A DNA stretch of 64,000 nt from Phoronis australis (Eukaryota > Animalia > Phoronida). Where the stretch lies: NCBI GenBank assembly GCA_002633005.1, contig NMRA01000187.1:9546-73545 (forward strand), written 5' to 3'. The position numbers and the translations under genes were made by a program. The notes beneath the pieces are model-generated. The model was not told the DNA's origin. It ran no database searches and saw nothing but the letters and a program-made list of their open reading frames with translations. Below, in pieces: positions 49,111 to 61,838 of the stretch (positions are counted from its first letter, which is position 1; the number at the start of each line of letters is the position of its first letter).

Positions 49111-50639
49111 AATAATTCCTTTCGTGCACAGGTGTCAACTAATGATATTCGAAATGTGACCAAAATTATTCCATTCCGGCTCCCACGAAGCACGGTAAGG
49201 GAGAGGCTGATGGCATCACTCGCCCTAGGATGGCGGCAGTGTGTTCGTTATTTATAAAATTTGCAAATTCACTTACAATTAGCTGGCGAGCCCTTTATGG
49301 TACCGGTAACGCCGCTTGTGTGTGTGATCGAAACGAAACACCGATTCTTTGAAATGTGCCGAACAAACTGTGGCTTCACACTGAATCGCATGTTCCGGCA
49401 CACTGACACTCCACACTCTTGTGCGGCGTACAAACCGATGCTATTTCTGTGCAACTTTCGCGTATTTAGGAAATTTGAACACAGAGACGTTCTCAGTCAA
49501 GTTTTTGTTATCACAACCTCCACAAGCGCACCTTTTCGTGTCTGAAAAAGGCGGCGCTCGGGGGCCTTTGCTCTCAACTCTTCAGTATCGCACTGGTAAA
49601 AACAACGGCAGAGACGGTCTTCCACCCATTGCGTACCAAACCCGATAACAGAAAAATATTCGTACTTTTTATTTTGGGTTGTTTCTTAGCAACCGGTATA
49701 GTAAAAGCTACTAAGAAAATTCCTTTTGAGACACAGGGTCATGATGGGACTGAACTCTTATAGCTGGCATTGTGTGATGGGCCCATCTTGTAACAATTTA
49801 AGTTCATGAACGATGCTTGTAGGACCTTTCGTTTGATAACACTGAATTAAGAGTTAGGTAACGAGTTTACTTTTCTAGCAAAACTGGCGTAATACTTGTG
49901 ATGCTCGTCCCCCGTTGTCACTGCGTGATAGTTAAAGTTTACTGACAACTATAATTCTTCCATAAATCTTGCATAACCACATTGATAAGCTCAACTAGAG
50001 ATAGTGTTAAGAGCAAAAGAATCCCGCAGCGACGTGGGATAGCCGAGCTCTGACCCCAGTTTCAAGGCCGCAGTTGAACCACGCAGAATCGATTGCTCCT
50101 TACTGGCAATTCATGCAAAGTTGATCGATCATTTGCTCAGAAGTGCACAATAACCCCCCTACTTGCTCCGTACGCTGCAAACATTCGGCTGAATGCACAT
50201 GTACTTAATGTACAATTCCGGCACACGTTTTTACACTGATTTGTGTGCGAATGGGAAATGCTAAAGGCCTATAACATTGACCCTTTGACTGGGATTGACA
50301 CTTCATCTGAGCCCGCATTTATGAATACGCGTTCTAAATTATGCAAAAGAGCACGGAACTAAAACTAAATAAGTCTACGGCAAGCTTCAACACATGCCAT
50401 ACGAAGCGGTGTGACCTATATATGTTAATTTTTTTTTGTATTGCTGAATGTATCAGATGTGATGCGTGGTCACACCACGTGACGGTCACATGGTGAGACC
50501 ACGCATCACAACGTATCATACCATGTATAAATTGGAGTGGTTCGTAACTCGCATGTTGGATTCAGAATCGGCAAGAACAGTTTCGGTTTGTGGATCGTGG
50601 TGGTGTTACACTGGTCAGGTAAGAAGGTTTACTATGATC

Positions 50640-50784
50640 AGATGCGGATTCAGAGCCGGGGGGGGGCACGGGACCATGGCTGCCTAATCATTTTACGAGA
50701 TTCCATTTGGCAGTAAAGGGGTGCGAATGTCTGAGGGGCTAATAGCCAGGCTTGGCCCCCTAACTCAAAATCCTGGATCCGCCC
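50640..50784. mobile_element. Short GC-rich MITE (GCGGAT...ATCCGCC type; relatives at 1-27, 56848-57005 and ~62786-63763)
   Basis: GCGGATTCAG-polyG ... polyC-CTGGATCCGCCCT architecture. Confidence 0.55.
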
Positions 50785-51717
50785 TTTATGGTGAAACTCC
50801 ATATACACTCTAAATTAGACAAAAACTTACGATCTCGTGACCCTCACACGAGGACGTACATGTAACGCGACATGATCGTGATAGAATCTCAGGGATCAGT
50901 ACAGGGGACTATAACCTTAACTCATTTCCCACTCGGCTGTGGGGACAATAAACATAATAATTACGCCTGGTCTGTCAATGGAACCACTTTTTAGTGAATG
51001 GTGAGATGCCTTGAACGTCAACACAACATTCATATAATAATGAAACATTTTTCGGCGGACGAATTTACGATTCATGAATAACACAGCGCGTCATTAAGTT
51101 TATAAAGTACTGCACTTTTTCGACAATTACATGTAATTAGAAGGTTCATTCGGGAAAAATACAATAGAGTCGCGTTATAACGTACCTGTCGTTTATAACG
51201 TTCGATAGCTCTAATGTACTCTTTCTACGATTCATTTTTAATGAACATGGATAAAGAACGTGTTTTTGGATGGTATTATCACCAAATTTGTATGTCGCGG
51301 TCGAACCGCTATTCAGCATTGATCGTAATGTGGTGGTCTTAAACAGTTCACGGGTGGAAAATACACTGACTATAGTAGTACGGTACCATGACAAGTGTAC
51401 GTTTTGAGATGGCAACACATGAGAACCTTGGTAGAGTATCGTAGGCGCAATACCTTCACCAAGGAAACTAATGTGATCACATGACTAAATCTCGCGAGGA
51501 ATAAGTCTTGGTCTTATGAGTTCTCAGTGGCTTCTTCTCGCGTCAAACTAGGTGTACCCGAAACACATGCTTTAGTAGCGGCCTATTGTTTCTTCGTTAC
51601 ATGACGTGGATCATGGAAGCGTCAGATTGGTATGTCGGGGGTGTTCAAACTTGACCCGTGGTCACGGGCACTGATGGGCGTAGGCCGCACCGGGGGTTAA
51701 TTGTGAGGTGGGCGGGG

Positions 51718-51750
51718 CAGTCGAGCACTAAGGCCCTTAGTGCTCGACTG
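51718..51750. repeat. Perfect 33-bp palindrome
   Basis: CAGTCGAGCACTAAGG-C-CCTTAGTGCTCGACTG. Confidence 0.95.
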
Positions 51751-52295
51751 ACATATGGAAACATGTCGAGATAATTAATTGCGGAGAACAGTGGTTGCTC
51801 ATCAGCTATGTAAGTCGGTGACCCTAGCCAAGGGTGTTCTTGTTGTAGTGCTGGGGGAACGGCTTAAGTTTTTGCAGTATAGTTCGTGTAGGTGGACTCA
51901 TAATGGCGCTCGTCATTAACAAGTCTTCGTTATGTGCATACTTTCCACAATGGTGTTTCTAGAGTGGCTATTGTCTGGCAACGATGAAAAATTGCAGTCT
52001 TCTACAGCATGCCTTTTTTCGATTTTGTTTTGAAATTGTATGTCTCTTCTATCGCAAAGTTGGCCCTCATAGCAGCGTCAATTGGTGTCCCTTTATTTTT
52101 TGAAATTACACACAGGGGCTTTATATTTAGAGGCCCCCGTCCCAGGGAGAGTCATACTGATGGCCTCAATGGCCCCAATTTTTCTATTCTACTGATACCC
52201 GTTCGACTAAAGGTACTGCTCCTAGAGTGAGGGAGTTCAATGCTGGAGTCAATTGCCCCTGTTGATCCTGTTTTGTGAAATCATACAAGTTATTC

Positions 52296-52575
52296 TATGG
52301 GCAGCGACAACACTGCCAAATAAACTAGTGGTTTGACAAGAAGACAAGAGATTCGTTAAATAAACAGATCAAGAATACTATGGTTTTCCAAACAGACAAG
52401 ACATCTTTGCAGATTCTGTCGGATAAACAATGGTCTACTGTTAAACAAACAAATAAGTCGGCAAATGATTAAGTAGGTTACCAAACAGACAAGTAACCTG
52501 GGAGGCTCAACTTTCAAATAATTAAGGGAATTGTCGAACAGACAAGTCACCTGTTAAACAAACAAGACAAGCACG
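52296..52575 (+). mobile_element. Left-end fragment of the IS3EU-like family seen at 29070
   Basis: TATGGGCAGCGA start and a collinear array of AAACAGACAAG motifs. Confidence 0.75.
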
Positions 52576-52989
52576 TCATTATTGACGCAAAGGGAGGAAA
52601 TGAAGGTAACACAAAATAATTTCGAGGTGTTTCATTTCCGACGGTATATTGATAAGCATGATTGAAAAAGTGACATATACGGTGTTTAAAACACAAAGTA
52701 TTTGTGTATATGCAAAACTAACTATGCAATAGCCGTACACCGAATACAGGACCACAACAATTCCAAATTTCGTCAAAGAAGAGGATAACCCAGTAAAGTA
52801 TGTAATCATAAAGTAACAAACCTGATCACTCATGATTGCGCGTCATAATATTAACGGTTTGACTTCAAATTTTGTAATGACAATTATTGGCTTTGAAGGC
52901 CTGTTTACGTACGTGGTCGTAAACAATTCTATTTTTGCTTTTAATCTGCAGCTTGATTTCAACAAACAAACGCATCACGATTCCATAAA

Positions 52990-53430
52990 CTTATTTTAAG
53001 AATGGTCGCTAACAACGTATGGATTTATTTGGTAAGCCGGCATTCGTCAGGCACTGTCGACGTCTGCAGGCCGCAGACACGGAGATGTTTCACGGCCTCA
53101 TACTTGCTATTTACAGCGTGCATTTCATTCTTCACTACCATGAGCCACTTCCTAAGCATTTCGGACTCTCGAGGAAGTAAAATAATACAGTGTACGATAT
53201 ACCCGCTTTTCTTGAAGCTGCTTAGTTCGGACAAGCGGGAACGATGCACGGAAACATAGCGGCATTCACTCTGCATATGAACCACCGACGTCGCCAGCGT
53301 CGTTTCTCACCTTCCTCACCGGTTAACGCGACACCTCTTGGCAAGGTAAAATCGACCGTATGCGAGGCGATGTGGATATGGACCGATTAAAACGGCAAAA
53401 AAGACTAATTAAATCTGGTGGCATTCTCCT
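52990..53430 (-). mobile_element. Kolobok (T2-type) THAP element, partial copy
   Basis: GGTGGCATTCTCCT-TTAA end at 53417-53434. THAP relic LPRESEMLRKW...KHLRVCG, homologous to 60362-60570. Confidence 0.8.
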
Positions 53431-54017
53431 TTAAAAGTAGTTGCATTGCCAGACCAGGAATAATTATCGTCTTTATTTCCCCCGTAGTCGAGTGGGTAAT
53501 GAACTATTGAAATCGCTGATAAAAGCGTGTCAATTTGTAGTCCCTGTAACCTCTGAGGTTCTATCACGATCACTTCACGTTATGGAGGCATTCACAGAGA
53601 ATGTATACGTAAACAGAGCCTATTACCAGTCGGTCATGTGGTGAAACATCACCAGCAGCACTGTAGATTCAGAGAACTATGGATGGAAGAAAGGTGCCAT
53701 AAGCTAAAAACTCTCACCATCTATAATTCCATATGGTGTCCAACTCGGCCATGTGGCATACTGGTTATGATTAGGTGTGGCTGGAAAGGTCAAATTCCAT
53801 GAAAGAGAGTTGCAGCGTCAATTTTCGCTCTGCACAATATTTTGGGCATGCTATACTGTAGTGTGATCATGTTCTGAATGTTTAGTTAGCATTTGAAACA
53901 TCTTGCGATTTTTCTCTATTCCATTGATTATTGTTCTGGGTTTGTGCAATTAAACAATTTGGTCGTCTACTAGATATACTCGGGGTATCAGACAAAACTA
54001 GAATTTGTAATGTTGCG

Positions 54018-54243
54018 TAATAAATTAGAGATTATTTAAAATTATGGTGTAATGACATATTACATTAAATTCATCAGTAAAAATGCCAAAATAATAAATT
54101 AGAGATTATTTATATTTATGGTGTAATGACATATTACATTAAATTCATCAGTAAAAATGCCAAAATAATAAATTAGAGATTATTTATATTTATGGTGTAA
54201 TGACATATTACATTAAATTCATCAGTAAAAATGCCAAAATAAT
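54018..54243. repeat. 74-bp tandem repeat x3
   Basis: Unit AATAAATTAGAGATTATTT...TCATCAGTAAAAATGCCAAAAT. Confidence 0.93.
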
Positions 54244-54289
54244 ATACAAGTAGTGTCCCCATAAGAAAGTTACGAGCAGAAACAGAATT

Positions 54290-54911
54290 TTTAATAATGG
54301 CCGCCTTTATTTGAATAAATTATGCAAATTTATCACGCAACTTGCAAACTGATTTCATTAACCTAATTCTCCATAGGAACATAGGTTCAAATATGAGAAA
54401 TTTACTGTGGTGCTTGGTAGCGCAGCTATAAGCACAAGTAGAATTTTGAATAATGGCGTCCTTAATTTGCATTAATTATGTAAATTTATCATGCAACAAC
54501 TTGCAAACTAATTTCATTAACCTAATTGACCATCAGTGTATAGGTGCAAATATGATAATTCATCTGTGCCGCGTGACTGGTACCGTTGCTTTAAGCCCAA
54601 GAGGACTTTTGATGGCGGCCTTAATTTGCATAAATTATGCAAAGTGGCAATGTATCCACCTAAAATCGTTCACTATTACAATCCCTGACCTTGTAAACAT
54701 GGGTGAAAAAGTTAAAATTATCAGCCTGCAGTGCCTGGTAAGGAAATTATATGCAAAGTTTTGCATAATGGCGACCTTAATTTGAATTTTAAAAAATGCT
54801 CAAGGGTTGCACGCGGTCACCCCCTAAGTCATGGTTACTCAACTCTAAGCTACATGAAAGAGGAAAACTTTATTCGACAAATTCAGGTTCAGCCCCGTGG
54901 CTCCCGGACTA
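54290..54911. mobile_element. Non-autonomous element with ~157-bp internal repeats and an Academ-like right end
   Basis: ATGGC..CCTTAATTTG motif at 54297, 54453, 54612 and 54768. Ends ...GCTCCCGGACTA (reverse complement starts TAG). Confidence 0.45.
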
Positions 54912-56017
54912 CATCACCGCTTTTGTCATTTGCGGTCATTATATCAGTGCACGAGCTGAAGTCGGCCAAAGGTATATCGTCTAATAATTGACTTACTTCA
55001 GCTGACTGTCAGCAAACCTCGCGTTTACTTGATGTATCTGTCAACTACATATCTCATGTCTACCTGCTGCTTGTACGGATAATGGCGTCTTGATAATGTT
55101 TGTAGTGTACTCGAATGTACTTTGTTATTAATACACGTTTAAAAGTATTAAGTTGATGTTCTATTTAAGGTGGTCACAATATCTTATTAGTATTATTAGT
55201 TAAGTACCGTCGGTTCCTGGGTTAGGTATACGCGACATCTGTGGTTGAGTTAGGTGGTTAACTCTTGTCATGTTTCACGGCTAATACGCGACATCTGTTG
55301 TTGTGATATGAGAGAGAACAAGGTATAACGACCGCACGTGGCGCACATAAAACAAGGTAATCCATGTTTTGTTCTTATTCAGTACGCCGCATAATCCTCT
55401 CTCCATCAGTTGAACTCTACAAACTCAACGCATTCAATGTCTTTTTAGTGTCAAAACATCCGGGTGGTCGACGCGGTGCCACGACCTACCTTACCACGTC
55501 AGCAGTCACGTGATTTCCAATTCGATCGGTGTAACGACGTCTTCCGGATACACCCATTGATCTTGGATCGCTGTTCCTCTCTATAAGGTCCAATTAAACC
55601 TATTGCGTAATGAGGTGTGACGCCATTGTCGCTTCCGTCCAGTAGGCTGATGATGGCCATTTCGGTTGCATCCACCGCACGTGACCGTTGACCTTTACCC
55701 GAGGCGGCGCACAAACAGGGCGCCTAAACAACGTACTATAGTTCTCTTAGATCTAGAGTCCTTCACACAAAACACGTACTGAAATATGTTCTCCTTACAG
55801 AACCAACTCAGTGATTTCTCAGAAATGTCTACGTGACGAGGAAAAACGCTTTCTATTTCTTCACTGCGGTGTCCAGTTTACAAGCCTGTTAAAACAAGGG
55901 TGGTTTGTGAGTGACGTAATAGCTAAGTTTAAAACCACTAGCTTCTGTTAAACCACGACGCTGACTCCACATGTTCACAGTCAAAAGTTGAGAAGAAAGC
56001 ACACGGGAACTGAAAAG

Positions 56018-56266
56018 ATGCAGGTTGTTACGACCGCACTTTGTGAGCTGTGGTTGATCGCGAGCCAAAGTTTTATGAATGTTGTGGACTATGTTACACA
56101 TCACTCAATCACACAAATGATGGCGATTGCGTTAACTATGGTGATTGTCATGGCGCTCTATCACTTACTGTTTGTTCCTATTGACCGGCGAATGAAGCTC
56201 CAAGATGCCGTGTATGTGCCCGGAGTTGGACAATCTCTCCTGTCAAAAAAAGAGTTGGCAAATATG
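56018..56266 (+). CDS. nvd: Neverland/DAF-36-like cholesterol 7-desaturase, exon 1
   Basis: MQVVTT...hydrophobic segment MMAIALTMVIVMALYHLLFVP...SKKELANM |gtatgt. 83 codons, phase 0. Start codon inferred. Confidence 0.8.
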
Positions 56267-56629
56267 GTATGTATAACGCTTAAAGCGAGACCGAGTGGAA
56301 ATATCATGACTTCTCAGCAAGTGTGGTTACCCCGTTGGGACACTTACATGCAGTTTCTTCACTAAGTTTTCAATTGTCTTGTTTTTGGAGAACCAATGTA
56401 GTCTTCATGCGTCTGTCACCAGATTCACTCACCTTTAACTCCAGATAACAGTTAAGACTGTATTCAAAGTATAATGCAGGCTCCGTACTCTATAGTGTAT
56501 GCCGTCACTGTTCAACGATTCACGATTTACTATACCACTTTCTCACCAAGCAACTCTCTTAATTTTCTCAGATTGTTGGACACATAATACATTGTGGACT
56601 TATTCAAGAATTTGTTTCTTTTGTTTCAG

Positions 56630-56756
56630 GTTTTTCGCAAGAAGAAACAGTCGGGTGACGGAGATTGTGAACTTCCGGTCTTTCCCAACGGCTGGTTTTG
56701 TATCGCAGAATCGCGTTTTCTTAAGGCAGGTGAAATGACAAGAGCAGAGTATTTAG
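56630..56756 (+). CDS. nvd: Neverland/DAF-36-like, exon 2
   Basis: tttcag| VFRKKKQSGDGDCELPVFPNGWFCIAESRFLKAGEMTRAEYL-G |gtaata. Basic stretch plus P(V/P)xPNGWF motif. Confidence 0.9.
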
Positions 56757-57054
56757 GTAATAGACGCACTGTTATTTCAAGCAGTAGTGTAAAACTGTGT
56801 TACGTAAGAATAACAAACTGATTTAGAGCACTTAGCGCAGTACATTGCAAGGACGGATCAAGGATTTTTGGTGTGGGAGGGGGCAGGGCTAAGTATTAGT
56901 CAGGATTTTGTCAGTAAGACATTCGAAACCGCGAACTGACAAATGGAATCTGGAAGAATTTTTGGGGTGCATGGCCTCCTTGGCCCTTCTCCGAATCCGC
57001 CACTGCGTTGATCTCTGTTCTTTAGGATGAGAAATGATTCTCATGTTACTGTAC

Positions 57055-57203
57055 AGTGTATGGTGTGCAAGTATAATGACAGTTGGGTAGTGTATGGTGT
57101 GCACGTATAATGACAGTTGGGTAGTGTATGGTGTGCAAGTATAATGACAGTTGGGTAGTGTATGGTGTGCAAGTATAATGACAGTTGGGTAGTGTATGGT
57201 GTG
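57055..57203. repeat. 34-bp tandem repeat x4
   Basis: Unit AGTGTATGGTGTGCAAGTATAATGACAGTTGGGT, at the end of the LINE fragment. Confidence 0.93.
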
Positions 57204-57680
57204 GCTCATCTTCAATTTCACCCAGACAGCATATGCCGCATATTCTCTCACCTCTAGTAATACCTCAGTCTCTATATTAAGCGAGTGACCTGAACACCGA
57301 AATTGCGCAAATATTTTTCTTGAATAAGCGCTTAAACAATTCACATATTGCTCGTTGACAAGGTCACGTTTAATAAGACTGTAAAATTCATATTTATTGG
57401 AGCTACCTATTTCCAGTTGCCATTCCTGTACGCCACAATCCAGTAATCTCTGTTTGAATACCATAATAAACTCAGCACTATTGCCTGGGCCAAATAACCA
57501 CACTTCTCCATAGCCGTACCTATACAAAATTTCTTTGACACGGTGTACCCAGTTACAATTACCATTTTCACTTTGTTCCTAAGCATACTATAACGCTTCA
57601 GTGATTACCTATGTTCTTCCATATCCAGTAATTTTGCCCAATAGATAATTGGTTTACACATATATTTTGTAATTAACAAT
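57200..57680 (-). mobile_element. RTE-X-like LINE 3' coding fragment
   Basis: YRYGYGEVW...FKQRLLDCGVQEW...FAQFRCSGHSLNIET...RIC...IEDE, typical of the post-RT zinc-knuckle region. Confidence 0.75.
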
Positions 57681-57719
57681 TGTCTCCCACATGTTTTTAA
57701 TAAACAATTTGCCCTCTGT

Positions 57720-58940
57720 GCCTTCAGTGATCTTGTTGATGCTTTCAGCAATATTAAGCAAGACGCGATCCGAATTGCACTAAACCACTTTAAAGTGAAT
57801 AGGTGTCATACCAGGTGGATCATTAACATGCTCGGAAGTCAATGTGTGACTGCTTGTTTAGGCGATGTGAGTGTGGTGGTTCGCATCACCAGAGAAACAC
57901 CTCAGAGTGGCGCTGCCTCACCCAACCTCTTTAACATGGTTATAGATGGTTTGCTTCGACAATTATCTACTGACATGGGTCCAAGCTTGTATATTCAAGC
58001 CGAATGTATGCAGATGATATTGTTCTCAGTGTGTCTTACATCGATCCTGACACATGACGCTATCTTGCTCAAAGAGCACTGAATACAACAGCCACATGGG
58101 CTAAGTCAGTTGGCTTAGAAATTAGTGGCAGCAAAACAAAGGTGATTATGTTCACTTGGAAGCTTAAATGGTCAATGCGGCCTTTAACGCTGAATGGTAA
58201 ACATCCCCTTGATCTTGTAGACAAGGCGACTTATCTAGGTGTCATTTTACACCATCGTCTTTCCTGGACCCCGCTTATTACAGAAAAAATCTCAAAAGCC
58301 AAAACTGCATTGGTGAAATGCAGTCGTGCAGTGGGTAAAACTTGGGGAATGTCTCCCAAGAATATGTTCTGCATTTATGCTGCTGTTATCCGATCTAAAA
58401 TGTCCATGCTACGTCGGTATGGGTAACACCATTGAATCAGATTACAATTATCAACAAACTTAAGCAGCTACAACGTACTAGCTTGTGTGTGCCTTATGTC
58501 TGCTTTTCCAGCAGCCCTAGAAACGCTAATCGGTCTACCACCACTGTACATATACCTTGAGGGCAAAGCTACATGTGCTGCACTTCGTGTCAGATATAAT
58601 GGTCAGTGGGTGAAAACTCACATCCTGACTCCGCTGCACACAGAAGCCACAGGAATGTTTGCATTAAGTTAATGCCCAAGACTGGGCTACTATGAAACAT
58701 GCCTAGTGATGTCCAGGTCACAGCTTTAAATCATACAAACAATTTCTTCACGGAAATTGGTGATGGATGGCCTATCGCAGAACACAAGAATGAGATGGTT
58801 TGTTATACGGACGGCTCTAAACTGGAAAATGGCCAGACAGGTGCTGGAATCTATTTTCCAAGCTTTCCTGTTGCAGATGCAGAAAACTGGGTATCGCTAG
58901 GCAATCTTGCCACGGTGTTTCAGGCTGAGATCACTGCAGG
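57720..58940 (+). mobile_element. R1/LOA/I-group LINE fragment with RT and RNase H
   Basis: TPQSGAASPNLFNMVID, YADDI, YLGVILHHRLSW, and RNase H motifs CYTDGSKL...GAGIY...TVFQAEITA. Frameshifted. Confidence 0.85.
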
Positions 58941-59052
58941 TTTATACAGTTAATACCGTTTCAGTAACAAATGAAAAACAAAAACGACACTTGAATTCAG
59001 CTTCACATATTAACTTCATAACTTTATTTAAATTACTTATCTTCATTTGTAG

Positions 59053-59241
59053 GTCTCTCTTTGGCAGTCTTCCGAGATGAGAGCGGCCAAGTTCACGCTG
59101 TCGATTCTACCTGTCCACACATGGGTGTTGATCTGACCGTGGGAGGTCGGGTGTTTGGCGACTGCATAGAGTGCCCCTTCCACGGTTGGAAATTCAGAGG
59201 ACACGACGGACAGTGCGTGAGCATACCGTATGCTGATAAAA
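59053..59241 (+). CDS. nvd: Neverland/DAF-36-like, exon 3 (Rieske 2Fe-2S domain)
   Basis: tttgtag| (G)[63 protein letters not shown] |gtgagt. Rieske motif CxH-x17-CxxH. Confidence 0.95.
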
Positions 59242-59307
59242 GTGAGTTATTGAAGATCTTGTCACACCAAAGTGGTTTTCAAAATCCGCGAGAACGTACG
59301 AACGTAA

Positions 59308-60092
59308 AGGAGAACGCCATCCAATTTAATTACATGTAGTCTTCTTTTACCGTCGTAATCGGTCTATATCCACCTCGCCTCTTATATGGTCGTCCTCACC
59401 TTGCCGAGAGGTGTCGCGTTAACCTGTGAGGAAGGTGAGAAACGACGCAACGACGTCAGTGGTTCCTCTGCAGAGTGAACGCCGCTACATTGCGGTTCAT
59501 CGTTAACGCATATCCGAACTATGAACCTGCGAAGAAAGCGGGTATATCGGTTTTTCGACTTCCCCGAGAGCCCGAAATGCTTAGGAAGTGGCTCGCGTCG
59601 GATGAGCTCTCGACTAAGTCGCCTGGGATTGGCGCCGGGCGAGCTGCGTTCTGTTTCAAAATGAATTATTGTCACCCTAACCAATGCTTATATACAACTA
59701 AAACAAAGTCGGTCAACATACCCGACCTCCCGCGATCGACCATGGTAAATTGACCTACCGAACTCTGTAGGCTACGGTCCGTTCATTACCTACCGTCAAC
59801 AGTGAAATAAAACAACACGTTTATTCAAGAACCCAATGTATTTTTAAGGGGTTAACATCGAATTTTGATGATTTATTGGCGTAACACGGTGAATTCAAGC
59901 GATAAGTTAACACCAGTAAGCGTGTTGTGAACGTCTGAAAAGACTGCGTTAGAACCGATTTCATCATTGGTTAATTTCAACACGTCCGTCTGCCGTCAGG
60001 TGTCAGGTAAAACAACTGAACTTGCTGTTATCGAGTCGAACTACTCGATTTAAATTACTAGAAAATAGGTTGTTTTTGGGTGGCACTCTCCT
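59308..60092 (+). mobile_element. Kolobok (T2-type) non-autonomous element, 785 bp
   Basis: GTAA-AGGAGAACGCCATCC ... GGGTGGCACTCTCCT-TTAA. THAP relic ISVFRLPREPEMLRKW. Confidence 0.85.
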
Positions 60093-60197
60093 TTAAGTGG
60101 AGTCTCTTCTATATGAGGTAGATTTATGTTACAATGTGGTTGGGAATGGTCGAGAGGCTTTTGAGGACAAGCACAGGGGATCTCAGTGTGAAGCTAA

Positions 60198-61838
60198 AGG
60201 AGAATGCCACCCGATTTAATTCACCTTTTTTATCGTCTTAATCGGTCTATATCCACATCGCCTCTTATACGGTCGACCTAACCTTGCCGAGAGGTGTCGC
60301 GTTAATCTGTGAGGAAGGTGAGAAGCGACGCAGCGACGTCAGTGGTTCGTGTGCAGACTGAATGCCGCTATATTGCGGTGCATCGGTTCCCGCTTGTCCG
60401 AACTGTGAAGCTGCGAAGAAAACGGGTATATCGTTTTTTCGACTTCCTCGAGAGCTCGAAATGCGTAGGAAGTGGCTCGCTGTTAATAGCAAGTATGAGG
60501 CCGTGAAACATCTCCGTGTCTGTGGCCAGTATTTCGTCGACAGTGATTTCTCTGACGAATTCCGGCTTACCAAAGAACTATCCATATGTTCCGTTGCCTA
60601 TGCATGTTCACGGCGCCTCTCTAGTATTACTTGATCAGTGTATTCCGGTTCAAACTTATAGCCTGTGAAACCTAACAATCCGACCGGTGAAGTCTTCATC
60701 GGATATGAGCTCTTGACTAAGTCGGGATTGGCGCCGGGCGAGTTGCCATGTAGACGTTTATTATTCTGCGTTCTGTTTCAAAATGAATTATTCTCATGCT
60801 AACCAATGCTTATATGAAACTGAAACAAAGTCTGTCTCATTAGATACATTTTATAATGCATTGGAGTGTTCGTGAGTGCAAATGTTTTGGGAAGCCAGCT
60901 ATGAATTATCCACTGCGTTACCGGCTTTTGATGCCAGCAACAAAGGTAATTGGCCGGGCACCGAGGCTGTGTGAGCGCATGCTAATTCAGTGTTTTCTGA
61001 CAGAAAGCTGTTGTGAAAGAATTACTCGATTTTATATGCTATGGTCACATGTTAGGGGAATCATTAATTAGAAATACAACTACATTATTCAAATCATTGT
61101 TTGTGTACAACCTTTGCCCTGACTGTCTGTGGAAGGGGAACTTCGCGGCCACCCACAAGTAAGTAGATTATCAGTTTCGTGACTTGAATTCACATCAGCA
61201 ATTATGTGCACATTATTTCTTTGGCTCACTATAATAGTCTTTTCGTGACTGGAGGTTTCCAACTCAAGCTGGTTTTTGTTTGTGCCAGTTCCGGCGGCCG
61301 CGACGGGCCTGATCGGGTTCCGAGCCACTGGCTGGGATAACAAGCGTTTTGTGTGTTTAGAACTCAAAAAAATCACAAGTATAAACAACACAGATCTAGG
61401 TTGTCCTGTGTGTATTTCACGGAAGAATACTTCAAATTTATCTCCGAACAGACCCCAAACGCCTACTACGGCATTAGCATTGGTAAATTGACCTGCCGAA
61501 CTTTGTGGGCTACGGTGTGTCCAAATACCTGTGAATCCGCAACAGCGAAATAAAACAACACGTTTTGATAAGAACTCGGTGTGATTTTAAGGGTTTTATA
61601 TCGGAGTTTGATGATTTATTGGTGTTAAACGATGAATTGAAGCGATAAGCTGACACCACTCACCCGTGTTGTGAACTGGTGAACAGACTGCGTGTGAAAC
61701 CAATTACGTCATTGGATATTTTCAACACCTCCGTCTGCCGTCTGGTGTCAGGTAACGCAAACGAACGTGCCGTTATCGAGTAGAACTACTCGATCTAAAT
61801 TGATACAAAATAGGTTGTTTTTTGGGTGGCATTCTCCT
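60198..61838 (+). mobile_element. Kolobok (T2-type) non-autonomous element, 1.64 kb, with THAP ORF
   Basis: CTAA-AGGAGAATGCCACCC ... GGGTGGCATTCTCCT-TTAA (perfect 15-bp TIR). ORF 60362-60634 MPLYCGASVPACPN...FFRLP...RKW...RVCGQYF (THAP, His replaced by Tyr). Confidence 0.9.

Noticed and set aside
55988-56365. 125-aa single-exon ORF as given by the track
   Set aside because: It starts at a TTG and reads through the splice donor at 56267; the real coding part is exon 1 of the Neverland-like gene.
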